Origin: Eledone cirrhosa
Lineage: Eukaryota
NCBI GenBank assembly: GCA_964016885.1
Contig: CAXHJY010000179.1
Span: forward strand, 1-64,000
Length of the DNA: 64,000 nucleotides
Direction: 5' to 3'
Below the pieces are notes generated by a model, which ran no database searches, was not told the origin of the DNA, and saw nothing but the letters and a program-made list of their open reading frames with translations. Shown one piece after another: positions 51,919-64,000 of this stretch. The position numbers and the translations under genes were made by a program. Every line of letters starts with the position of its first letter. The first letter of the stretch is position 1.

Positions 51919-51973
51919 ACTGTTATATATATTTCGGTGACAGCCATCTTTGGCTGTGACCTCTTCAGGCAGT
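51919..51973 (-). ncRNA. Minimal type I hammerhead ribozyme (left arm)
   Basis: ACTGC-CTGAAGA-GGTCACAGCCA-AAGA-TGGCTGTCACC-GAAA-TATATATA-ACAGT. Confidence 0.7.
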
Positions 51974-52837
51974 CCGAATTAGTGTGGTAGAGACGAGTAC
52001 ACATGTTGTTGAGGTGTTTAACTTTGTCAATACTCTGATATGCCCAGTTCCTGGTTGGGTTGTTATTTCACTGAGGAACTGGAATCACATGAATTTAAAC
52101 AAACAAATTTCAGCGTCAAAGGGCCTCTTCTCCTCTCATTGGTCAGTTGTTAGAACATTCCTCAGTCAAAAGTCTAGAGAAATTCATTCTGAGGCAAGCC
52201 AATCTGTAGTTGTTGTTCTTGTTATTGTTAGGTACATCTGACCTCTATTCTTATGTTGGTAGTGGTGTTGTTGTTGGAGTCAGCTCAAGGAATAAGATGG
52301 TAAAGGAACAAAATAAAATAAAATAGTCGAATAAACACTACAGGGAGCCTCACCCCAGAAAGAATTTCTATAGACTTTTGACTGAGGAATGCTCTCAAAA
52401 CTGACCAATGGGAAGAGTGACCTTACAAATCTTTATAACATTGAGATGGGTATAACACACACACACATTTTATTCGATTATTTTATTTTATTTTGTTCCT
52501 TTACCATCTTATTCCTTCTACCACTTTATCATTTTTTTTAGCTGACTCCAACAACAACACCACTAACAACATAAGAATAGAGGTCAGATGTACCTAACAA
52601 TAACAAGAACAACAACTACAGATTGACTTGCCTCAGAATGAATTTCTATAGACTTTTGACTGAGGAATGTTCTAACAACTGACCAATGAGAGGAGAAGAG
52701 GCCCTTTGACGCTGAAATTCATATGATTCCAGTTCCTCAGTGAAATAATAACCCAACCAGGAACTGGGCATATCAGAGTATTGACAAAGTTAAACACCTC
52801 AACAACATGTGTACTCATCTCTACCACACTAATTCGG

Positions 52838-52892
52838 ACTGCCTGAAGAGGTCACAGCCAAAGATGGCTGTCACCGAAATATATATAGCAAT
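52838..52892 (+). ncRNA. Minimal type I hammerhead ribozyme (right arm)
   Basis: ACTGC-CTGAAGA-GGTCACAGCCA-AAGA-TGGCTGTCACC-GAAA-TATATATA-GCAAT. Confidence 0.7.
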
Positions 52893-53295
52893 AATAAACA
52901 AAGCCAAATTTTAAACATTTGACTTATTTATTTTATTTTATTTTATTTTATTTTATTTTATATATATATATATATATATATTCTTTCTTATGGATGTGAG
53001 TTTTTGGTTATTTGAAGATATTAAAGAAGCATATATATATATGTATTCTCTTTTATGGATGTGAGTTTGGGTTATTTAGTTGTTTGAGGATATTAAAAGA
53101 AAAACGAGTGTATATCATAATCTGTAGTTAAGAAAATGTACTTATGAGTTTGTAGGAAAAGCACGTGGCTACAAATATATATAAATATATATGTACGGTC
53201 AGTTAAGCTTTAAAGCTGTGTAGCTTGCTACTGACTTCGTAGAGAGAATTAAAAACACGTGTGTATACTTCAACAGTATATAATATATATATATA

Positions 53296-54391
53296 TTTGG
53301 CAGGAGGAGAGTAACTTGGTGGTGGAACAGTAAGGTGGAGGAGACAATCAAGGCCAAAAAGCAGGCTTGGAAAGTATGGCAGGATGGGGGAAGTAGAGAA
53401 CACTATCAAGTGGCCAAGAGAGAAACTAGGAGACAAGTGTACCTTGCAAAAAGGGAAGCAGAGGATAGAAAGTTCAAGCATGTTCTACAACATGAGGTGT
53501 TCAGGATTGCTAGACAATATGTCAAGGAAAACCATGATATTGTCGGGGAGAAGTGTGTCCGTAATGATAATGGTGTACTTGCCCTCACTGATACTGATAA
53601 GAAGATAGCTTGGAAGAGTCACTACGAGAGACTATTAAATGAGGAGAATAAATGGGAAAAAGATAGTCTGCCCCAAATTGATCCAATAGAAGGACCAGCG
53701 GTGCAAGTTAAAGGTAGTATAATAAGTAAGGCAATCAAAGATATGAAGACAGGCAAGGCAGCTGGGCCTTCAGAGATAGTTGCTGAGATGTTGAAGGCAT
53801 CTGGAATGGTGGGACATACTATGGTCACCTGTATAGTAAACCAAGTAATACAGAATGGGGTCATACCAAAAGACTGGCGTAGCAGCATCATCATTAACTG
53901 CTACAAGGGTAAAGGGGATGCTCTAGATAGGGGAAACTATAGAGGCATTAAGTTAGTTGACCAAGTCATGAAGGTCACAGAAAGAGTTATAGCGCAACTA
54001 ATCAGAGAGCGAATTGATCTAGATGAAATGCAGTTTGGGTTTGTGTCAGGTAAAAGTACCACAGACACTCTTTTCCTTGTACGACAACTACAGGAGAAGT
54101 ACCTAGCTAAAAGTAAACCCATCTACTTAGCTTTTGTAGATCTAGAGAAAGCCTTTGACAGAGTCCCCTGCTCCATTATCTGGTGGGCTCTTAGAAAACT
54201 AGGTGTAAATGAATGGTTTGTGAGAGCTATACAAGCCATGTATAAAGAAACAGTCAGTAAGGTTAGAATTAACAATGAATATTGTGAAGAATTTAGTGTA
54301 AAAGTTGGTGTTCATCAAGGCTCTGTCCTTAGCCCCCTCCTATTTATTATTGCCCTTCAGGCTATAACAGAGGAATTTAAGACTGGCTGCC
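53296..54391 (+). mobile_element. RTE LINE internal RT fragment
   Basis: Closely similar to 49295-50390; open frame 53335-54391 ends at EFKTGC. Confidence 0.9.
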
Positions 54392-55190
54392 TATACCCAG
54401 GATACTCTTAAAAAAAGATACTATGCACACGTCATTCCCTTTCAACACCAGGATAAAAAGAAAACTATGGCACTGGCAAATAGAGTGTGGGAGATGAAAG
54501 AGCTTGGGATCCCATATGAAATTAATTGGTCTATTTTAGACCAATCAAAAGAGTATGTTAAAGGCACAAGGCGTACCTTGTGTGTTACAGAAAAATATAG
54601 AATTCTACAAAATCTGAAATCTCCCAACACCTGTCTTAACTCTAAATCTGAATTTTTTTTAATTTGCCCACATATAAAAACTCATCTCCTTTCTTGGCAT
54701 CAAAATACCATTTTGGACACTTATCCATCTTGAACACACTCTCTTACTTTAAACACCCTGGACCTTTACCACGCATTCAACACTTATCTTATATTGCACC
54801 CTTATTTTATATTACACCTATTTTATTCATTTCTTCATTTCCTTTACTTTTACCTTGAACACTCTCTCTTATTTTAACCACGAACACTCTATCTTATTTT
54901 AAATACCCTGGACCTTTTTACATATTCAACACTTATTTTATTTTATTTTATTTTACGCCCTTATTCTATTTTATATTCACTTATTGACTTCTTCAACCAT
55001 TATCTTTGATAATTTTTCAAACTCTATGTTGAGATGGAGTTATTTCTGCTTAGTATATAAGACTTTCTCCCTCCTATTCAAATATGAGGTGCTTTTTTCC
55101 AATGATAGCACTTATTCTATACTGGATTTTACTTTGCTGATTATATTTTGTTCACAGATCTTGGTGATTTGTCTTTTGCACAAATGTTTG
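54392..55190 (+). mobile_element. PLE 3' fragment (end of GIY-YIG) and 3' UTR
   Basis: ALANRVWEMKELGIPYEINWSIL..LCVTEKYRIL..CLNSKSEFFLICPH, homologous to 9205-9444; right boundary uncertain. Confidence 0.75.
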
Positions 55191-55534
55191 TGACAGTGTC
55201 TACAAAAATCTGCAAAGATGTTTTGATGTTGGTGGAGATGCGTGCATGTGTGAAAGACCAATCAACATGTGATAGCTCATTAATGATTGCATCCCAGTTG
55301 GCATTATAAAGATCCATGTCATCAAATGGGTGAGCTGGAGAGAAGTCATTGGATTTAGCTTTTGACTGAACTCAGAATGTATAAAGTTGTAACTAAATAC
55401 CAAAAAAGCATTTTGTTAAATGCTCTACTGATACTGCCAATCCACAACCTTAACAACAACAATAATACAATAATAATAATTATGATGGTTATCTTGCATA
55501 TGTCCATCTGGCTGCCAATAAATATTTTACTTAC

Positions 55535-55701
55535 CAATAACTTTATAAAACATCTTTATGCCGGTTTCGGAACTGCCATGACAGGTCTGTATTATGGCTG
55601 ATTTTGAGAAGGTTGTGAAGTTAAGAGTTTGAGATTGAAATATAGAATATTGGATATATTTTCCTCTCTTATATTTGTCAGTAATTTTTATTTTTAGACA
55701 T
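55535..55701 (-). CDS. CUB-LDLa-TM gene exon, second half of a CUB-like domain
   Basis: tatcAG / GTAAGT, phase 2 to 1; CLKIKITDKYKRGKYIQYSIFQSQTLNFTTFSKSAIIQTCHGSSETGIKMFYKVI. Confidence 0.8.
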
Positions 55702-56010
55702 CTGATATATAATAGAAACAAAGATTAGTTTACCAATAGTCACAGATCTTTTTCTTTTTTACTTTTTCATTTGTATTTATAGCAAATAAGAAAATACTTG
55801 TTATGACACAACAATGAGACAGGATATGTCAATCCTACAAGTGACATGGGATACAACCCTGCTGACAGACAATGGAGATATGCTTCAATACCAGTGTAAG
55901 AGCATTGTATACTTCAGAACTATTAATCAGCAGCAGCAGCAGATGCTTACTTACTCAGAGATACATAAAATTCACAGCAAGAATATATGTTTATTATATT
56001 ATACATATAC

Positions 56011-58070
56011 TTTACTAGAAGGGAAGCAGAGGATAAAAAATTCAAGCATATTTTGCAGCATGAGGACCAGAAACAGGAGGTATTCAGGATTGCGAGGCAG
56101 TGTGTTAAAGAAAATTGCGATGTCATCAGTGAGAAGTGTGTCCAGGATGATAAAAGTGCACTTGCCCTCACAGATGCTGAGAAGAAAGAAGCATGGAAGA
56201 GCCATTATGAAAGATTACTGAATGAAGAGATGCATTGGAGAAAGAGACCCTACCCCAAGCAGACCCCTTTGAGGACCCAGCAGTACAAGTCAGTAGCAGT
56301 GTAGTTAGTAAGGCAATTAAGGATATGAAGGCTGGGAAAGCAGCCGGTCATCAGGAATAGTTGCTGAGATGCTGAGGGCATCTGGGTCAGTAGGACACAC
56401 CATAACCACACGTATTGTAAACCAAGTAATACTGGATGGCGTCATACCATATGAGTGGTGTAGCATCATCATTGTCAACTGCTATAAGGGTAAAGAGGAT
56501 GCACTAGATAGAGGTAACTATAGAAGTATAAAAATGATGGACCAGGTAATGAAAGTAACAGAGTCATAGCACAGTTGATTAGGGACAGGGTAAATCTAGA
56601 TGAGATGCAGTTTGGATTTGTGCCAGGCAAAAACACAATTGATGCCCTCTTCCTTGTAAGACAGTTACAGGAAAAGTACCTAGCTAAAAGTAAGTATCTC
56701 TAGCATTTGTTGATCTGGAGAAAGCTTTCGACAGAGTGCCCCATGACATAATTTAGTGGGCTCTTAGAAAACTAGGAGTAGATGAGTGGCTTGTGAATGC
56801 TGTACAAGCCATGTACAGAGGAACAGTCAGCAAAGTCAGGATTAACAATGACTATAGCGAGGAATTTAGCAAGTTGGCATCCACCAGGGCTCTGTTCTTA
56901 GCCCGCTCCTGTTTATTATCGTTTTGCAGGCTATAACAGAGGAGTTTAAGACCAGCTGCCCATGGGAACTTCTGTATGCAGATGATCTTATGCTCATAGC
57001 TGATTCTATGGTGGAACTAGAAACTTCATCCTCTGCCCCATTTGCAAACTGTGGGTACACAAGAGATGTAGTGGGATCTCAGGAAGTTTGGCAAAGAATG
57101 TAGACTTTACATGTAGCAGTTGCACTGGAACAGTAAGCAGCAAATGACCGCAGGAAATAAGCACTAGCAAATTCTGAGAGGGCTCTGTAGAAACAGTAGA
57201 CAGCTTCTGCTACCTAAGTGACCGAATTAGCAGCAGTGGTGAGTGTTCTGAAAGTACAGTAGCCAGAGTAAAAACGGGATGGAGAAAGTTCAGGGAGCTA
57301 CTACCACCACTGACTACAAAAGGTTTCTCCCTCAGAATGAAAGGCAGACTGTATATGTGTGTGTACGAACAGCTATGTTGCATGGTAGTGCGACTTGGGC
57401 GCTGTGTGCAGAAGACTTGCATAGATTGGAAAGAAATGAAGCCTGCATGCTCTGATGGATGTGTAATAGTAATATACGAGAACAGTGAAGCATAAATGAA
57501 CTGAGAGAGAAACTAGGCATAAGAGGTATCAAATGCTGTGTGCAGGAGAGGAGATTGCATTGGTATGGACATGTGTTGCGTATGAAGGATGACAGCTGCA
57601 TAAAAAAGTGCAGAGCACTCAAAGTCGTTGGAAGCCTTGGAGTGGGGAGACCCAAGAAGACCAGGGATGAGGTGATAAAAGCCGACCTTGCTGAATTGCA
57701 CCTCTCAAAGGCGATGACACATGACCAGGATCTCTGGCGATACGCAGTAATACAGAAAATTCAACTTCCCACGAGCACAAGCTGAAGCATATATACTGTA
57801 CGCCCCACCCCAACCCACCTCCCATAACCATCCTTGCAGGGGGGACAGGCCAAAGTAAATGTGGTTGTGTAGGTGTCACCATAAAAAGCACCCAGTACTC
57901 ACTGTAAATTGAGGTTGACATTGGGAAGACATCCAGCTAGAGAAACTAAGCCAGAACCAGTCCGGTATGCACAAGACAGGGTCATCTGACCTAGGATTGC
58001 CCACAACAGGACAATCCTACCTAACCCATGCTAGCGTGGAAAATGGACGTAAATACGGAGGTGATGATGA
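56011..58070 (+). mobile_element. 5'-truncated decayed RTE LINE with SINE-like 3' UTR
   Basis: Homologous to 49440-51750. Confidence 0.9.
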
Positions 58071-58556
58071 TATGTGCATATATACACAAATATGTATATA
58101 TAGACCATGTGTGTATACATTCAGCCCACACTGTAAAGTGATCATGTAGGTGTCACGACAAAAAGCACCCAGCCCACACTGTAAAGTGGACATGTAAAAG
58201 ACACGGCAAAAAGCACCCAGCACACACTGTCAATGTGGTTGGCGTTAGGAAGGGCATCCAGCTGTAGAAAACCAACCAGAAAAACTCCTATATGAGCGAG
58301 ACACGGTCACCCACCCCATGCTAGCATGGAAGATAGACGTTAATCAATGATGATTATAAACACTTGTATATATGTCTGTATGCTCATGTTTCTATCCCAT
58401 GACATAGCAGTTTGACAAAAAGAGATCACTAAAATAAGTACTGGGGGTTGATAAGATTAACTAAATCCTTTCAAGGTGATGTCCCAGCATGGCAGCAGTC
58501 GAATGACTGAAACCAATAAAAGAGTAACTAGTAGTTAATGTAATTAGCATACTTAC

Positions 58557-58725
58557 GTATAACGATAGACAGCCAAAGGACTGATAATCACGTTGAAATG
58601 TATTCTGCACATACTGCAAGATTCCAGAACTAGCTTACATATTCCTGAACAGCGACTCATATGAATGTATCCTTCATCTCCCAGATTCAAATATGTGTAT
58701 TTACTATCCACACACATTGTGAAAT
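58557..58725 (-). CDS. CUB-LDLa-TM gene exon, first half of a CUB-like domain
   Basis: tatttAG / GTAAGT, phase 1 to 2; FTMCVDSKYTYLNLGDEGYIHMSRCSGICKLVLESCSMCRIHFNVIISPLAVYRY. Confidence 0.8.
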
Positions 58726-58909
58726 CTAAATATATATATATATATATATGTATATATAATAATATGGAAATAACTGAATTTATTTTTTTCACATCAGCAT
58801 CATCTTCTCATTCTGGGTTGTTAGTCTATTTTATTTGAGGATAGATGGAAGAAGAAGAAGAAGGAGAAGGAGGAGAAGAAGAAGGAGAAGGAGGAGAAGA
58901 AGAAGAATG

Positions 58910-60150
58910 GTTTCATTTCATTTATTGGCCAGAGGGGCCAACATATCGAGTCAAAAATAGGAAAACAATAACAATTAAGAAGAAAAATACAACAATGAAA
59001 ATTCCCCAATAGGGGGGGGGGGGGGGATAACCCCCTAGAGTTGATTCAGGTAGCCCACCAATCCTGAACCAGCCGATGCTTCAAGGGCACCCGGGAAGGG
59101 TATCCCTCTCCTCCTCAAATTCACCAGCCTACAGGCGCATGGTCAGAGTAGGCCCACTCACACGAGCCATTCTCGCCACATTTATCCACCTTTCAGCAAA
59201 TGTACTGGGGGGAGGGGAGGGGGGCAGCACTTCTCTCTCCACCCTCACCTTCCTTTCTAAGTTAAATTTGAAAGAGTTGATGAGGGATTGGCCAAAGAGA
59301 AAAGTGTCTGTCTTCAGTCCTTTCAATCTGGTCCACCATATAACTTCTTTCGCTACTGCCACCAGACAGAGAAAAATTGCCTGCCCTTCCTAGCCAAAAG
59401 AAGGTGGCGGGTCGATCTTCACTGTGGATTCGGCCGATAGCCAGATCTGTTGTACATGCGACAAAAGCTGTTTGACATAACTCCACAAGTCAGTAATGCA
59501 CAGACAGTGGACGAGTGTGTGCAGAACAGTTTCGTCACTCTGTGCTTTTCTCGGGCAGAGCCATCTAACAGCACTTCTGTGATGGTAGAGCTTATCTTGA
59601 ACTGGCAGTACCCCCGCCGGTAGCACTGCCAAGCAAGGGATTTTTGTAAGTTATCCATCGTTCCCAACTCGAAAGTCCTCTGGAACAGATTGGTTAGTTC
59701 GACTTCATCGACACCCAGAGCCTCTCCGAGTGTGTCGTCGCACTTGTCCACCGCTAATGTTCTATAGAACTTGAGAGTTGAAGATCCACTGACCCCATAG
59801 CCCACCTAGTAGAGGGCAGTGAGTGCATGGCAACATTCCAGATGCCAGTCACCCAGTCTCGGTCTCTTCTTGACCCAGGACTGCAGCTCAGTCAAAGAGA
59901 CGAGCTGCGGAAAGGCCCCTCTGACAAACGGCGACCACACCTGTTCACCGTTTAGGCAGAATATCTGGAGATTCTGCAGCCTCAGTGCATGTCTGCGCAT
60001 CATTAACCACGGCATGCCCAGCCCTCCGAGTAGAGGGTGCTGGCAACAGATGGACCGCCTCACCAACGGTCCCCGTTCCTACTCTTAATATGGCAGAAAA
60101 TAGAACTAACTTACAGGAGCAAAGTGAATCACATCTTGAAAGACTGAACC
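58910..60150 (-). mobile_element. L1/Tx1-like element, ORF2 C-terminal part, decayed
   Basis: HPLLGGLGMPWL, CPR..DETVLHTLVHC, AVAKEVIWWTR..FAERW; flanked by (GAA)n and (TAA)n. Confidence 0.8.
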
Positions 60151-61199
60151 ATCATAATAATAATAATAATGGTTTCTGATTTAGGCACAAGGCCAGCAAT
60201 TTGGGGGAAGGGGTAAGTCGATTAAATCAACCCCAATGCATTACTGGTACTTTATTTTATCAACCTTGTAAGGATAAAAGGCAGAGCTAACCATGGCAGG
60301 ATTTGAACTCAGAACATAAATGGCCGTAACTCTGTGTGGCGAAGCATATCATTCGACACTCTACCAATACTGCCAATCCACCACCCAAATAATAATAATA
60401 ATAATAATAATAATAATTAGTTGTTGTCAACATGGTCATTGCCACCACCACCATCATCATCCTCATTATTATGATTCATACTATCTCCATTGCCCTCATC
60501 ATTGATGATATAAATATATATATGTATCATCATCATCATCATCATTTTACGTCCGCTTTTCCCTGCTTGCAAGGGTGAGACGGGACGGGAACTGATTTTG
60601 GCTTGATTTCTACAGCTGGATGCCCTTCCTAACACCAACCTCATTTACAGTGAGTGCTGGGTGCTTTTTTGCCATGGCACTCCACGACCACTTTTCAGTG
60701 GAATGATAGGGACCCCAGTCCCTATCATCTCATTTCTACAGCTGAGTAAACTGGAGCAATGTGAAATAAAGTGTCTTGCTCAAGGAAACAACACATCACC
60801 CGGTCTGAGAATTGAACTCACAACCTTTCGATTGCAAGGCCAATGCTCTAACCACTAAGCCATGTGCCTCCATATACTGTATAAAATGGTTGGTATTAGA
60901 AAGAGCATCCAGCTATAGAAATTATGGTAAACAAAGGCTTGAGAGAACTCTTCATTCACATCAAGGATATGCAGTTACTCTAGTGCTGGTGCAACAATAA
61001 AATACACCCAGTACACTCTGTAAAGTGGTTGGGATTAGGAAGAGCATCTAGCCATAAAAACTATTCTAAAACTGGAATGTATGTAAGCAACAAGTGGTCT
61101 GTCAACCTATGTAGAAGGACAGTGGCTCCACTTATGTACTGACTTGGTCTGTAATGACACATCCAACTCATGCCAACATAGAAAAGCAGATACAAAATA

Positions 61200-61209
61200 A
61201 TGACAATGC

Positions 61210-61250
<41 letters not shown>

Positions 61251-61373
61251 AAAACGATAATGATGGTGATGATGATCTTAATGATGATGATGATGATGAT
61301 GATGATGAAGAAGACAAAAACGATAATGATGGTGATGATGATCTTAATGATGATGATGGTGATAATGATGATG

Positions 61374-61427
<54 letters not shown>

Positions 61428-61439
61428 GCGATGAAGACA

Positions 61440-61491
<52 letters not shown>

Positions 61492-61550
61492 CAATGCCAG
61501 CGATGATGATGATGATGATGATGAAGATGACAATAACAATGATGATCATA
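61200..61550. repeat. (GAT)n/(GCT)n microsatellite, expanded SINE tail
   Basis: Follows the ccaactcatgccaacatagaaaa SINE/RTE terminus. Confidence 0.95.
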
Positions 61551-62155
61551 ACAAAACAATAAAGGATTCTGTACTTACTTTGAAAATGTTCAAGAAAAGG
61601 TCTTTTTGCGTAGTTAAGCACATCTACAAATTCTATATAAAAAGAAATCATTTATAAAAACCATATTTTTCACTGATATGAATATCTTTCATATTTTACT
61701 ACAATTATTATTGAAGAAAGCTAAAATATCTTTATTTCCCTTATTTTCATTCTATACTTATCTTTTAAGAATGAAAAATTGTCAAAGAGGGTGCCTTGTA
61801 TTTTTGTGCTTGGACGTTAGTGTTGTTCTAAATCCAGCAAGCTTAAACTGGGCATATAAAAGATAAAGAAACGATCATAATATATTAAAGGGAGGGGTGC
61901 GAGTCTGCATCCTGAATATATTTTTTTATCCCGTTAGTAAAATAAGTTAGATTACTTTGAATAAATAATTGTTTCTACTTTTGGCACAAGGCCAGCAATT
62001 ACCCAGTGCATTACTGGTACTTTATTTTATCGACCCCCGTAAGGATGAAAGGCAAAGTAAACCTCGGCGGGATTTGAACTCAGACCGTAAAGGGATGTAA
62101 CTCTGCTGGAAAGCATAGCGTCCAACTCTCTACCGATACTGCCAATCCACTGCCA

Positions 62156-62316
62156 TTATATATAAGAATATTTATGTCTAATCAACAGCTATGAAATTTA
62201 GTACAAAGCCTATGTAATATTCATTCATTACTTTGAATAAATAATGAATGAATATTACATAGGTTTTGTACTAAATTTCATAGCTGTTGATTAAACATAA
62301 ATATTCTTATATATAA
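62156..62316. repeat. 75-bp inverted repeat between two SINEs
   Basis: 62156-62230 vs 62242-62316, near-perfect reverse complement. Confidence 0.93.
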
Positions 62317-62983
62317 TTGTTACTACTTTTGGCACAAGGCCAGCAATTACCCAGTGCATTACTGGTACTTTATTTTATCGACCCTGTAAGGATGAAAGGC
62401 AAAGTTAACCTCGGCAGGATTTGAACTCAGAATGGCAAGGGCCGTAACTCTATGCGTCAAAGCATGGCGTCCGACCCTCTACCGATACTGCCAATCCACC
62501 GGCCTTATTCTTATATATAATGATTGCTTATTTTAAGATTCACTTCTTTTAAGATTTTCAAATGTCTACACTTCCAGATAGCGTCCGTTATATAATAACA
62601 CTTATTACATCGCTTATGTAAATGTTCATATATTTGCATCATTATATAAGGTTTATATTTCTGTCACTAATTTTCTCCTTTTTCGTTTTCATAAAATTTT
62701 GCTGTGATGCAGTTTATATATAATATCATTTTTTTAAATGTATCATGGATTACTTTACTGATTACACAAGAGAGTGTAACACAGTCTCTCTTCAATTTCT
62801 GTGCATATTGTCAATTACGATTTTATATGACGTATCATATTTACATGCATGAATATTTGCATATAATATCAATATGCACACTACATATGCTAGCAGAAAA
62901 CCACCCAATGGGTGATTTTTCTGCTAGTCAATGAAATATGCAATCATAAAAATACAAGCGGCCCAAATGGGGTTCCTCTAAAG

Positions 62984-63133
62984 CACAGGTTCTCAACCCA
63001 TTTAGGCCAAACGCCCCCTTTTGTCCCTCAAAATCACGAAACGCCCCCTAACCCCCTCCCCCAGCTCCAAACGCCCCCCTGGAGTTCTGAAACGCCCCCC
63101 GGGGGTGCATATGCTCTCCGTTGAGAACCTTTG
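62984..63133. mobile_element. hAT-type MITE (150 bp)
   Basis: 8-bp TSD ctctaaag at 62976-62983 and 63134-63141; TIR CACAGGTTCTCAAC / GTTGAGAACCTTTG; four AAACGCCCC subterminal repeats. Confidence 0.9.
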
Positions 63134-63432
63134 CTCTAAAGGATCTTTGAAACATTACTTGTGAGGGGAGATAACTGGATCATTTTGGAGAGGGTTGCTT
63201 CAAATGTAACCCTCTGGAAGGTGTCTGAGAATGCTATTTCTGCAACAACAACAATAAAAAGAACAAGGAGGAGGAGGACCTTGGAAGGATAAAAAGTAAA
63301 GTTGACCTTAGTGGGATTTGAACTCAGGATGTAAAGAGTTGGAACAAATGTTGTTAAGCATTTGTCTGATACTCTAACTACTCAATAAATCTGCCAATCC
63401 ACTAACCTGTAGAAAGGTGAAATAATACTTAC

Positions 63433-63596
63433 TGTCTACAACATATGATATATTCATACCAGAGAGGTTATTTATTGATTGGCACACATCAATGAATATA
63501 TGTGATGACGTGGTAGAGAATTTACAGCTGGTTGGGTATGAGGGAGTAATTACCATGGGATTAGCTAAAGACGTAGTGATTTTCATTGGGGAACAT
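63433..63596 (-). CDS. CUB-LDLa-TM gene, most 5' exon in window (second half of a CUB-like domain)
   Basis: cattgcAG / GTAAGT, phase 2 to 1; CSPMKITTSLANPMVITPSYPTSCKFSTTSSHIFIDVCQSINNLSGMNISYVVD, paralogous to exon 55535-55701. Confidence 0.78.
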
Positions 63597-64000
63597 CTGC
63601 AATGATAATTCAATAGATATATATTACATATAAGGAATGAACCTAGGTCAGTTTTAATAAACAGTGTTCCAGCTGTTCAATCAAGAGAACTGTCAGCTTA
63701 TGAAATTAACATGTATGTGGCTAAGAATTCTGCAGACATATGAACTCTTACATAATTCTCAGGGAGATTCAACATAGCATAGGGTGTGACAAAGCTAACC
63801 CTTTGAATTAAAGGTAGAGTCCATCAAATTGATTTCTCAACATCAAATTGCTTTCTCAACAGTTTCCATCTAACCAATTACACTGACAAGATATAGGGCA
63901 AACTAACCACACCGCCACCACCATCACCACAAACACCAACATCACAAATAACACTTCCTCTAAATGCAATGAAGTGGGATCAAACCTGGGTTCTGATGTG

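Larger units (their letters stand above)
51866..52960. repeat. ~470-bp inverted repeat (arms ~51866-52335 and ~52468-52945), PLE pseudo-LTR-like
   Basis: Arms are reverse complements apart from small indels; outer ends in (TAAAA)n and (TTTTA)n(TA)n. Confidence 0.92.

Noticed and set aside
61061-61657. Poly-Asp/Ile/Ser/Met/His ORFs
   Set aside because: (GAT)n microsatellite

Overview
AT-rich, repeat-dense eukaryotic DNA; the SINE/LINE repertoire suggests a coleoid cephalopod (octopod), which is an inference. One host gene spans most of the window on the minus strand. I reconstructed 12 phase-compatible GT-AG exons (63596 down to 11889; 5' end beyond the window). They encode about 700 aa of a type I membrane protein: 3.5 divergent CUB-like domains, one LDLa repeat, a TM helix and a tail with two PPxY motifs. 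A convergent, disabled exon encodes a NO VEIN/DUF3883 nuclease-like domain (8651-9141). The rest is mostly mobile DNA and repeats. It includes an ORF-intact Penelope-like element missed by the ORF track (2185 to the left edge), with a type I hammerhead ribozyme in its pseudo-LTR, plus more PLE fragments and hammerhead-like motifs (an inverted pair at 51.9-52.9 kb). Also present: an intact R4/Dong-like RLE retrotransposon in a (TAA)n nest, RTE LINEs with a PHD-like finger, L1/Tx1-like derivatives, a DD37D/maT transposon, a mariner remnant, a hAT MITE and two tRNA-derived SINE families. There is a 4.8-kb (TA)n array and an 8.3-kb GA-rich minisatellite with a ~2.88-kb higher-order duplication. 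All translations, pairings and coordinates were read by eye; family names come from recalled motifs, not searches.
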